The notes under the pieces: generated by a model | Seen by the model: only the letters and a program-made list of their open reading frames with translations | Database searches by the model: none | What the model was told of the DNA's origin: nothing | Translations under genes and position numbers: made by a program | Shown here: piece by piece, positions 1 to 23,899 of the stretch | Layout: the number at the start of each line of letters is the position of its first letter | How positions within the stretch are numbered: the stretch's first letter is position 1 | Source: the human T2T-CHM13v2.0 reference genome, Homo sapiens | Strand: one strand, 5' to 3' | DNA length: 64,000 nt | NCBI RefSeq assembly: GCF_009914755.1 | Contig: NC_060936.1

Positions 1-224
1 ATACAGAGTTAAGATCCACTGGAAGATAAACTAAGCATAAAACTGTATTTCTTAGGCTGAGACTCTCTTTTGCTTTCCAAAATAACCTTTAATTAAGGTC
101 ATTTCCAGTCCTTTCAGCCAATGCAGAAGGCTCTCGTTACTCTTGGGGCATAAAGATTCCTGGAAACAATTTTTTCTGGGCCAAAACAAAAGCAAAAGAA
201 AGCAACCAACTAAAAAAAGCCTTA

Positions 225-542
<318 letters not shown>

Positions 543-1348
543 CCTTAAACAGCTAAAATAAAGCCAGTAGTAGCTTAAAAGGCAGAGAAGTAATTCCATT
601 CTTAATAGTTTCTTTGGTATAGAGAAGAAATTAAGGGTTTGGGAGGTTTTTGATGGGAGAAGAAAGGAACTACTTCATATGTAATGGTGACTAGAACAAA
701 GCAGACATTAGGCTCCCAGGAGGGCCTAGATGTGTGCTTCCCTACAACCTATTTGTGTACAGTGTACATTTCATCCAGCCAAATAGTACAATTTCAAAGG
801 CAAGATGTCTCCTGAGGATACTCAGTAGCTCAAAGCTGCACAGAGGGGACTGTGAGATGTCGGGGGAACAGGTGGGGCAGTGAAGAAATAGGATAATACA
901 GGGGAAGATTATTGGAAGCCAAGATTCACCTATTTTTTTCAGGGAGAATACTGCATATTCCCTATAATTTTTTTTACTGCTAGGGTAAGTACCTTCCATA
1001 ATAGAGTGAGATTATATATCCTTCCATCAATTTATAAACAACTTTCTAGGCATTGAGCCAAAAGGAATATGTTAGATAGGGGATATTCAGAGACAGAAGA
1101 ATAATTTCATTTTCTCACTTTTAATCTATGGCCAAGTAGAGAGAATGCAAGCAAGACAACGATATCTAGGTGCTAAAAATTCTGGTCTACCCTGTGGCAA
1201 ATTCCTTGGAAGCTTTCCGGTCCTGTACTAATTTGTTTATCAATCATAAGTTACTCTCAATTGATACATTTTAAAAAATGTTTAAAATCTAGGGGCTCAG
1301 GAGAATAAACAAATGTAATATTATTTAATAATAAAAAAGACTGAACTA

Positions 1349-1585
1349 TAGGCTGAGCATCCCTAATGAGAAAATCTGAAATCTGAAAGAGTACAAAATC
1401 CAAAGCTTTTTGAGCACCAATATGATGCTCAAGGGATGTACACAGGAACATTTCCAATTTTGGGTTTTGGATTATGGATGGTCAACCATAATATTCCAAA
1501 ATTTAAAAAAATTTCCAAAATCCAAAAAATCTTAAATCTGAAATACAGACAGTCCCAAGCATTTTGGGTAAAGGTTGCTCAACCT
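1349..1585. mobile_element. Tigger4/Zombi (MER46-like) non-autonomous DNA transposon
   Basis: Degenerate terminal inverted repeats AGGCTGAGCATCCCT ... AAGGTTGCTCAACCT with flanking TA; internal AAAATCTGAAATC motifs. Confidence 0.8.
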
Positions 1586-1589
1586 TACT

Positions 1590-2540
<951 letters not shown>

Positions 2541-2699
2541 TACACCAAAACAAACAAACCCAAAAATTCCTTTAGGAATCAAACAGTAGGAACAAACATC
2601 CACAGGGGTTAAGTGGTAGCTTAAAAACAAAACAGTCTAGGTGCTCCTGTGTCACAAGCCTTTTCTTCCATTCTTTGACATTGGGAATTAGGAGAAAAT

Positions 2700-3450
2700 G
2701 AAAAGGTACATGATTTACTGAGGTTTACTGAGCATGATTATGAGCCTGGTGCTTTATGTACTTCAACTCATATCCACCAAGTGCAGCTAAGCAACCTGAT
2801 CAAGGTTCCGTCACTAAGTGGCAGAAACAGACCAGAACCTCCATGTTGTCTGATTCCAAAGTCTGCATTCTTTCTCGACTTTTTTTTAATTATTTTTTTC
2901 TTTTTACTTATTGTTGAATCCTAACACAACTCTTTGTTAGGGTATTTTCCAGTTGAAGAAACCAAAGCTCAGATAAATCTAATAACTTTCCCAAGTCAAT
3001 ACAAGAGAGGCAATGGTAGAATTCCAACCTAGCTGTGTCTGATCCAAAAGTTAAAGTCCTAGGTGTTCCAGGGTGGCTGCTCATTCAGAAGCATTCTGGG
3101 GTGTGGAGTGTCGGATGGGAAGGGTGCCTAGATCTGAGGCCTCTGAGTACCAGTGGGGGAACATATTTTTGAAATAAAAAATTAGACTTGTAAACTCTCA
3201 TCTTTCCCCTCAACCTGGGTCCATCCCTATGACTTTGAATTTTTTTACAGTTTATTGAGATCATCTTACTCAATATTCTCAAGGTATAAAGTGTTATCTC
3301 CACTTTATAAAAAAGATACCAAAAAAAATAAAGATATCAACACTCAGAAATACTAAGTGACTTGTTCAGGGCCATACACTACAGGCAAGGAGCTAGAATT
3401 CAAATCCAGGTCTACTTGGTTCCAAAATTCCATGTTCTTTCCATTACAGT
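2700..3450. mobile_element. Degenerate MIR fragments
   Basis: MIR core-like motifs (GAAGAAACCAAAGCTCAGA...AATAACTTTCCCAAGTCA; AAGTGACTTGTTCAGGGCCA...GAATTCAAATCCAGGTCT). Confidence 0.6.
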
Positions 3451-4358
3451 GTCAAAACAAAGGACAAAAACAAAAACAGTATAACTGCGTGCCTGAAGAG
3501 GTAAATGCCTAACAGCCGTTTGGAGAAGGACAGGAAGGAAGGTCCTACTGAGTTATGAGTAAGAGATATAGGTCCAAATCTTCATTTTCTTCAAAGAGAG
3601 AATGAATATATGGGAATAGAGTGTAAAGTACTTATGAAACACATAAAGCTATAGGTATATGACAGTCACCAAGCCCTTTAAGGACTGTAGAAACTGTCAT
3701 AGGCTTCATTAGTACTGGGCCAATAACAATAATAAAACAATAGTTGTGCCAATATTCCAAATCAGGGAAGCATGAAAATCATTCTGTTCTGTAACTGCAA
3801 AAGGATTCACTGGTGTGTAAGGAAACCCATAGGAACTGGCTGGTATCCAGAGCAATTCCTTAGGCAAAGTAAAGAGAGAAACAAGATTAAAATGTTCTGG
3901 ACGTGTATACCCTCTTTATTTGCTCAGTATCTGTTATGGCTGTACTTGCCTTAAAATGAGAACTGTAGGTGCTTTGATCAATGGACTGAAGTGTTGGTTG
4001 GGCCCCGTTAACAGTTTTTGTCAGCCTCTCTACATTCTTGGTTAAAAATGCCCTTTTTACGTCCTAAAGTGGAACAGAACAAACCGAATAGCCTCCTCTT
4101 TCAAACAAAGAGGAGCAGAGGGTCCTTTCCCTCTAATGCTTCCATTTCCTCTAGCTTTATGAAAGTAATGCCACTATGCAGAAAGCATCGCAGAATCTGA
4201 GGGATGAAAGAGACCCTGAAAGTTCACACTGTCTTTTCCCACCCCTTTGCGAAACTGTTTCCAACTCAACCCAGAGAAGATATCTGGAAAAGGAAAAAAA
4301 AAATCACAATTTATCTACATTCATGGCACTCTCAGGATGCCTTCCATTACTAACTTAA

Positions 4359-4832
<474 letters not shown>

Positions 4833-5025
4833 TAGTCCTCAAGCCTCTGCTGCAAAGGAGAAACTGCTATTTATTCCCCGATATCCAATCATCTCTTTTG
4901 TAACAGAGCTGCTGATTTTAAGTTGGGGCACACAGCTTCCTGGGGAAAAGCTACACACATCCTAATCTCCATTGTAGCTAAATGAGTACATGACTAAGTT
5001 ATAGTCCATGAGATATAAGAAGTAG

Positions 5026-6092
<1,067 letters not shown>

Positions 6093-6111
6093 TTTTTTCT
6101 TTTCTTTTTTT

Positions 6112-9223
<3,112 letters not shown>

Positions 9224-9589
9224 TATTTGGGTTTTGCTGTTAATTGTAGAAGATCCCAATCCTAATATACTCTCTACATGGTATCTCATATATATAAAAA
9301 ACACACACTAAGTATAATAATGAAAAAATAATAAACAATTTATATAAGCAAAGAATACTATCTCAACATCCTGGAGCTGATTGGGAGGAAAGAGGTAAAA
9401 TAAGGGAGAGTTGCCACTTTTATGGAGGATATAAGGGTATACCACCCTTGTACCTAACACTATCTCTGCTGCAAGGAGAAAGACGAGCGTCATTATGGTG
9501 AATGAGGGGTAAAACCTATCAAAATAAAGAATATTAATCTCTACAATGTAGGAGACAACAATCATGTTATAGTACATAAGAACAGTAGA

Positions 9590-9785
9590 TAAGATTGTGG
9601 ACTTCGTAGATCCACAAGAATTTGGCTGTGTGACTACTGTTTCTACAACTTACTAATTATGTCACTGAGCCTCAGCCTCCTTATCTGTAGGATAGGCATG
9701 ATACATATCTCACAGAGCCACTAAAAATCACAAGATAACAATTGCAAGGTGCCTGCACAGTAGTTGCTAAGTGAATACTAGTTCC
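9590..9785. mobile_element. MIR
   Basis: CTGAGCCTCAGCCTCCTTATCTGTAGGATAGG core-like motif. Confidence 0.6.
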
Positions 9786-10024
9786 CCCTAATCATTTTAT
9801 AGTAAGAAGGGAGAGAAAAATAATTGAGACGTCTCTTTTCCTTGCTGCTTACTGGTACTGTTTTTCTCTTATGAGTAACATATTCCCACGTCAAATTGAC
9901 ATCATATAAATAGCCTCTACTAGGGAGGCTGAAGCAGGAGAATCGCTTGAACCAGGAGGCAGAAGTTGTAGTGGGCCGACAGAAAAAGACTCCGTCTCAA
10001 AAAAAAAGAAAAAGAAAAAAAAAG

Positions 10025-11359
<1,335 letters not shown>

Positions 11360-11360
<1 letters not shown>

Positions 11361-11838
11361 TCCACCATCCTCTCTTGGCGGAATGACTGCAACATCCCTC
11401 TAATTGGTCTCTTTACTTCCACTTTCACCCCTACCATAGTATTTTGTAAACAGCAGCCACAATGATTGTGTAAAAACGTTGTTAGGTCATTTTACATCTT
11501 TGCTCAAAATCCCCCAATGGGTCTCCATCTCACTCAGAGCAGATGTCCCTAAAATGATCTACAAGACCTTAAATGACCTGACCACCAGTGTTTGTTCTTT
11601 GACCCTATCTCTTACAAAACCCCAAATACCTCCTATACCATTTCCTTGACTTTATTTTTCTCGTCGTTTATCATTGTCAAACTATCAATTTATTTTACTA
11701 TTTATCTTGTTTATTATCTCTCTGTCCCCAAGGTACACTCAAAGAGGGCAGGGATTTTGATTTTGCTTTGCTCGCTGCTTATAAACAGGGTCTAGAATAG
11801 TGCCTGGCATATAATAAGTATATTTTAAATAAGTGAAT
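11360..11838 (+). mobile_element. L2 3' fragment
   Basis: Ends TAGAATAGTGCCTGGCATATAATAAG...AAATAAGTGAAT, typical of L2 3' ends. Confidence 0.7.
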
Positions 11839-11849
11839 TAAAGTAATTT

Positions 11850-12761
<912 letters not shown>

Positions 12762-13564
12762 TCAAAACGGTCTGCTGCTTTCCCAAATTCAGATCAGGAT
12801 GGCTTTCCCAAATTTTCACCTAAGAGATCAGTGTTTCTCATTCAAAATAAAGCTTAGCAAGAAAAGATCTGCAAGATCTAAAAAACTGTGTGAACTGAGA
12901 TTCAAGCTTATAACCTGTGAATCTAACGTGATACTTTTTTCCTCCTGCTTTGTGCTTATCCAATGAACCAAACCACATTCCTTATTCTTACCCTAAGGTG
13001 AGTTATCCAGTCAGATACTGAACACACTTTTTGTCCCTCTTTGCTTAATAGAGAATCTAAAATTGGTTTTTCCTGAGATGGAGGTGATGATATAATGATT
13101 CATATCTTACAGAGAGCTGAGTAGCTCAAAAGAAAGGAATAAACTCATGGGCCTTTGGATATCGCTTTCAATCCTTTAGCTCTGTAAATACCTAAGTATG
13201 AGAACACTGGGAGAGCAAAGAATAAGACCCACCATAATTTCTCAAGTATCCCTTGACATAAAGTGTAAGAAGGGAAACGCAAAACTCTTGACTTCTTTCA
13301 TTTACAAGATCTAGAGAGGGAAATTTCTATGAATGAATCATTCTTATTCTCTTGGGCATTAAAATAGGAAAAGGAACATGCCATGATCTGCTATGACAAG
13401 GAACCAACACTGAGCTCAGTGAAATATCCCAGACCTAAGTCAATATATACAAACAAGCTAGAGAAGTAAAGATGGAAAACATGGAAGCTACCCCCAGCTA
13501 TTCCTCTATCTCCAGACCAAAGAGAGAGACAACTATATAATGTTGACAGGGATCTACCATGTCA

Positions 13565-14412
<848 letters not shown>

Positions 14413-15093
14413 TCACAGATAGGTGGTAGGTATTTCCCACCATATCCTCCCCCAATCAAATCACATTAAGAATATGCAATTATCAAATTTATATTTAACA
14501 GCAAATTTAAAAAACACCTTACACCATTTTTGAAACATTTTATTTCACAGTTTCTATATACAGTTAGGGTGTTAATGTCACCTATTATCGAATAATAAAT
14601 TCTGCAAAGTTAAATGATAATGTGTTTATGTTCTATCTGTTCATTGGCCCCTGGGTCAGCCAATCTGATCCAAGACTCCATGGCAACAGGCTCTATCACT
14701 AAGAGCCTCAAGATGAGATTTCCCTTGCCTTTTTTTTTTTGAAATAAAGCATTTTCCATAGAAACTGCTGCAAAAACTGTCAGAGAATAGTCTATACAGA
14801 CAAATAAGAAATGCTGCCATTCTGTTATACTAAAAATGAATGGGGCAAGGAGTGAATAGCAAAGACAATCAATCTATGCAAATAACAAGGGATCCCAAAA
14901 ACCCTGGAGATTTTTCCTTGTTGAATTTCAGTAAAGAAATTCAAGAATCTTTAAACTGCTGGAAAACCAACACCACGATATATTGAGGAATCAGTGTAGG
15001 GATATATTGAGGAATCAGTGAGGAATCAGTGTTCAGCTAAATCACAATATTTAAACTTCCCATGCCTCAATATACGGAGAGCTAAAGACTTTA

Positions 15094-16115
<1,022 letters not shown>

Positions 16116-17087
16116 CATCATCCATAAGGAACTTAAATGTACAAGAGAAAAACAAACAACCCCATTAAAAAGTGGGAAAAGGATATGAACAGACACTTCT
16201 CAAAAGAAGACATACATGCAGACAACAAGCATATGGAAAAAAAGCTCAATCTCACTGATAATTAGAGAAATGCCAATCAAAAACACCCACAATGAGATAC
16301 CATACCATAGTATCTAATGGTATCTCATTGTGGGTTTTTTTTTTTTAATTTCATACCTCACACCAGTCAGAATGGCTATTATTAAAAAGTCAAAAAATAA
16401 CAGATGCTGGTGAGGTTACAGTGAAAAGGAAACACTTATACACTATTGATGGGAGTGTAAATTGTTCAATCATTATGGAAAGCAGTATGATGATTCCTCA
16501 AAGAGCTAAAAGCAGAACTACCATTCAACCCAGCAATCCCATTACTGAGTTTATACCTAGAGGAATATAAATCATTCTACCAACATAAAGACACATTCAC
16601 ATGAATGTTCACTGCAACACTATTCAGAATAGCAAAGACGTGGTCGATTTAGGTTTAATCAACCTAAATGCCCATCAATGACAGACTGGATAAAGAAAAT
16701 GTGGTACATACACCATGGAATACTATGCAGCCATAAAAAAGAATGAGATAATGTCTTTTGCAGGAACAGGGATGAAGCTCAAGGCTATTATCCTTAGCAA
16801 ACTAAGGCAGGAACAGAAAACCAAATACCGCATGTTATCACTTATAAGTGGGAGCTAAATGATAAGAACTTGTGGACACAAAGAAGAAAACAATACACAC
16901 TGGGGTCTACATGAGCGGGGAGGGTGACAGGAGGGAGAGGACCAGAAAAGATAACTACTGGGTACTGGGCTTAACACTGGTGGCAAAATAATATGTATAA
17001 CAAACCCCTGTGATACATGTTTACCTGTGTAACAAACCATCATATATACCCCCAAACCTAAAATAAAAGTTTAAAAAAAAAAAAAAA
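16116..17087 (+). mobile_element. 5'-truncated primate L1 (older L1PA/L1PB type): ORF2 end, 3'UTR and poly(A)
   Basis: AACCCCATTAAAAAGTGGG, CAAAAGAAGACATAC, GAATACTATGCAGCCATAAAAAAGAATGAG, CACTTATAAGTGGGAGCTAAATGAT, AATAAAAGTT followed by an A tail. Confidence 0.92.
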
Positions 17088-17384
17088 GAGGCTATGGAAT
17101 AGAACAAAGGTTTCTAGAGCTAGGCAATGCTAATGTTTACATTACAAAATTGTCTTCCATGCTTTACTTATAAGTAGATTCTTGAAGTTGAAAAGTAATT
17201 TTTCAAATAAATTTTTGAAAATTATTTGTAAAAAAGTCTAGATCTCATGTGTTAGCACTTGAGTTCCAAGGGACCCACACAGCAGACTAACGTGAGAAGC
17301 AATAGACAGAATTTCAGAAATTCCTAAACCTGAGAAAATCTTTTCTGGAATGCTATTTCAAATTTCCCAAGAATTCTCTTTCTC

Positions 17385-20012
<2,628 letters not shown>

Positions 20013-20525
20013 CTAGGAGAGGAAGATATCAGAGAGAAGAGAATTAAGTAGGTATAGTAACTTTTAGGCACAGTAGTGTCCTTCCAACATATATATCACA
20101 TTTTTAATTATCCCAAACGGGGTGATGCTAAAAACAACCATTTATAAAAGTTGTTCTTGATCTTTCCTTCTTCCAAAAACAAAAAACAAAAAAAGTAGGG
20201 AGAAAAGGGGATAAAAAGAAACAGAAATCTTACTTCTCTAACATCTTTCAATAGCTTTTCTTTTTCCTTGACCTCTTCCAAAACCTTGATGGTTAGAAAA
20301 TAAAAGATTTCAAAAGAAGGCACTCCCAGTTGAAATAAAAAGAACTTTTGGCAATTTTTCCCTTGGTAATGACAAACATTTAAGAAAGACTTTAGGTCTA
20401 TCTTATCTACCCTCAAATGAAAGGAAAACCAAGTAAACAAAACCGTCATCTTTTAATTTCACAGCAGTTTTCTTCCCCCTCAAAGGCTATTCCTGTCCTA
20501 GTTGCAGACAGGGAACTGCTCCCAG

Positions 20526-20533
20526 TGACGTCA
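20526..20533. promoter_or_regulatory. Full palindromic CRE (TGACGTCA) in repeat-free DNA
   Basis: Exact TGACGTCA with its CpG retained in a CpG-poor context; function is inferred. Confidence 0.4.
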
Positions 20534-21970
20534 GAGCAGTCTCCCAGCAACGATTAATGAGGGTTGTCCACCACAGGGGTTTCCTGAAAAGCTAGCAAGA
20601 AATTATCCACAAATTTGCTGCAATATCAAGATGCAAGGATGTGGTGGAATTTCCCTTAACCCTTATAGCTCCTGTCTCTGGCAAACATCTAAATAGGTTA
20701 TTCTTCTAGAATTCTCTCCATTTGCCCTAGGATTATCTTCCTTTTTCTCCTCCTACCACACCCCACCCCCCAAAAATAGATTGTGTTGGTCTGAAACATT
20801 TATGGCTGTAATAAATATTAATATAATTGAACTATCATAGAAAAATAAGAATACCTAATGTAAGCTGAGAAGCAGACATTATTACTCTTTTCACTTCACA
20901 CAAAGAATTCAGAGTAAATGAAAGCACAGAACAGAAGAGAAAATAAAGACAGAAAATAAACCAGCATATTTTTAAAGGTACTTTTCCACATATGTTACCT
21001 AAACACACATTGACAGATAGGTAAACCCTTAATTTTCCTAGGCTCTAGTTTACTGAGTTTTTCAAACTGACCTCTGCAGCCCTCTAGAAATCAGCGGTAT
21101 TAAAATGGAATTGCATGAAAAGCGACTGGAAGCCCAGATACTCAATCCAAAAAAAAAAAAAATGGGTTGGGCTGTTATGCTCACACCTAAGAGTATATAT
21201 AACAATTTCTTCCTAAAGCTTCGCTTTAGCTACATACATCAAAATTAGAATTTTGTTCTAAACTACAATGTCAAGGAATTTTACATAACTACCTATTTTT
21301 TAGGTCTGAGAAACAGTGTACAAACTGTCTGTGCAAATAAGGCAGAAAAATTCCAAATCCAAAACTCAACCAAAATTATTCATGGATCCTGGTTCCAGAA
21401 ACCTGCTCATGAGTTCTTTATCTTTCCTTATTTAGAAAACGTAATTAGGTAAAATTAACAGCAGGACATATAGGGTTAATTCAGGCACCCTGCTTCAGCA
21501 ATTCTGACTTCGGTCTGACCCTATTTTAAAAGGAAACAAACAAAATTATAGCACCTTTAAAACATCCCACTTTGGCTTCAGCTCTATTCAATGGCACCCA
21601 GTTACCAACATCAAGTCACAGAAGGAAGAACGCACCGCTTCAGATGGATTTTTCTTCTTCCTTCTCTCCGTCCCCTCCCTCTCAGAAGAAAAAGACTGCA
21701 AACAAAATCACTACGTCACTGGAGGTAGAGGGAATCCCATCTCTGCACTCTTTAGAAGCCAAGGCCAGCAAATAAAAACAAGCCAATTATAAGAAAAAGT
21801 AATACAAAATAAGAATAAATAAACCCAGAAGAAATCCATGTGACAATCTCAACACATCAAAAGGCATTTTTTAGTAAAAAGGTTTTAACAAATGCCTCCT
21901 AGGATGTTCATAATCAAAAAATCTCCCCAGACATAGCAAAGGCTTATCACATTTAAAGACTAGGGGATAG

Positions 21971-21978
21971 TTACGTAA
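21971..21978. promoter_or_regulatory. PAR-bZIP/NFIL3 D-box palindrome (TTACGTAA)
   Basis: GTTACGTAAA about 450 bp into the intron downstream of the candidate first exon. Confidence 0.3.
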
Positions 21979-22418
21979 AGATATAGGACAGACAGGCACA
22001 TTCACCAGCCAGGTGCGGATAGCTGGGTAATGACACAGTGAAGGATATTTATAGGGGAATCCCTGCTTCCTGCAATGTGCGTCAACAGCATCACCAAAGA
22101 GAACAGAAATCACCACTGTTCTCATAAGCTGCATCTGAATGAAGCATTGCTTGAAATAGTCATGGAAGAGGTAAAATCTGAATAGTGTAAAAGTTCTAGC
22201 AAACCTAATTTTTATAATATTTTAAAGATAAAAAACAGCAAATGAAAATGCCTAAAACACCTTCACAAAACTTAGCACTTCAAAATTCTCTAATTTCCCT
22301 AGTGTGTACTATACAGTTAAATCAGCCAAGATAGAAAAATATCTTTATAGCTTCTTTCTACCCAGTCTGTGGAGTTCAAGGACTTTTATATAAAAAAAGA
22401 AAATTATCCAAAACTCAC

Positions 22419-22850
22419 CCCAGATGGATCTGTACTTACACCAACAGCGAGCTCACATTATTAATGGAGACTTCATTGTAAAGATCTGTTCTGCCGGAAT
22501 TTTGCCGGAAGAAATTCCTTCTGGGAAACCTGTGCCTCTTCCCCCACCCACAGCCCTCTCCCGCCCCCTTCACCCTTGAATGAAATGATACTGATCCTTG
22601 CTGCTGGAGCTCCAGCTAACTAACTGCTCTGACAAGCAGCTCTGAAGCCGACCATGGCCCAGCTGTTCAGAGAGATATCATCCAGAGCTCTGCCAACAGT
22701 CACACTGGCACATACACTCACAGACACAGACACAGGCACACACAGACACACACACACACACACACACAGAGGCTGTAAGAGCACCCCCTCCCACCTCCTC
22801 TTCTCGCTCTCATTCAAGTACTTCAGTGGCACGCCTGCCTCCACACTGCT
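22419..22850 (-). other. Candidate alternative non-coding first exon (5'UTR) of an unidentified minus-strand host gene
   Basis: Unique, locally GC-richer sequence ending in donors GGT|GTAAGT (exon end 22440) and GGG|GTGAGT (exon end 22419); no obvious upstream acceptor; promoter motifs upstream; TSS position estimated. Confidence 0.6.
22702..22769. repeat. Compound (CA)n/(CAGACA)n microsatellite, read as (TG)n on the minus strand
   Basis: CACAGACACAGACACAGGCACACACAGACACACACACACACACACACACAGA. Confidence 0.9.
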
Positions 22851-22854
22851 CTGA

Positions 22855-23125
22855 GGATAGCTTTTAAAGACACAGCAGCAGCTCCTTTCTGCTACATATG
22901 TCGAAATACCAAAATAGTCTCTTTAGTGAATAACAAGTTGGAAATATGTATTGAATTAAAAGCTCACCTTTAAATTTACCTTACCTTTTTCTCACCTGCA
23001 AAATAACTGAGGTCAGGGATATGATCTTTGCCTAAAAGCTACTGGGCTGGACTTTAGAAATGTAAAATTAAGACCAAACCTTGTTATAGAGAATTTTCTT
23101 GCCAGCGAGCTATATTTAGTAAAAT
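22855..23125 (-). promoter_or_regulatory. Candidate non-CpG-island proximal promoter
   Basis: TATA-like TTTAAAAG (22868-22861) and perfect MEF2 site CTATATTTAG (23110-23119). Confidence 0.45.
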
Positions 23126-23438
23126 TGTTTTTCATTTTGGGGCAGAAGGCAGACAGCACAGGATACCAGTAGCTATCTATTCCTCTTCCTATTATTTGCC
23201 CCCAAAGGAAGGGAAAAATACTTTGGCTATAAAATGAGGGAATAAGGAAACCATGAAGGCATCTTACTGACAGAACTGATGAAAAAGGATGGTAATGGAG
23301 AGTGTAAGTACAGGGATGACAATAAGTAGATTAAAATAAAGAAATTGGTACAAAGGAGACCAGGAAAGAAAAGTAATTATTTGAGAAAGTATACATGGCT
23401 CTGGAACGGCAAGCTTAGATATGACCCTCGGGTCTTAA

Positions 23439-23740
23439 TTTTTTTTTTTTTTTTTTTTTGAGACGGAGTTTCACTCTTGTTGCCCAAGCTAGAGTCCAAT
23501 GGCGCGATCTTGGCTCACCACAACCTCCGCCTCCCGGTTCAAGCGGTTCTCCTGCATCAGCCTCCCGAGTAGCTAGGATTACAGACATGCGCCACCAGGC
23601 CCAGCTAATTTTGTATTTTTAGTAGAGACAGGGTTTCTCCAGGCTGGTCAGGCTGGTCTCGAACTCCCGACCTCAGGTGATCTGCCTGCCTTGGCCTCCC
23701 AAAATGCTGGGATTACAGACGTGAGCCACCGAGCCTAGCC
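23439..23740 (-). mobile_element. AluS
   Basis: Full-length, TSD TCGG(G/A)TCTTAATTTTT. Confidence 0.93.
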
Positions 23741-23899
23741 TCGGATCTTAATTTTTAAGAGCCCAAGGAAGGATAGTAATAATCTCTATTGCTCAGGAAG
23801 TAATGAACATTACAGGCAGTGCATGATCTGCAACAGCAAAAAATAATGTATAGCTATGGTCAAGGCATCCTGATGAAAACAATAAAACCTGTCACAAAA

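Noticed and set aside
22419-22850. Assigning a gene symbol to the host gene
   Set aside because: No coding exon lies in the window and I do not securely recognise the leader sequence; a genome alignment is needed.
22620-22854. 74-aa (-) and 66-aa (+) ORFs over the candidate exon
   Set aside because: Kept open by the dinucleotide repeat (CVCVCV/THTHTH); the minus ORF starts at GTG; no recognisable protein similarity.
22960-23000. Cluster of minus-strand donor-like motifs (AAG|GTGAGC, AAG|GTAAGG, CAG|GTGAGA)
   Set aside because: Upstream of the inferred TSS with no definable exon; unsupported without transcript data.
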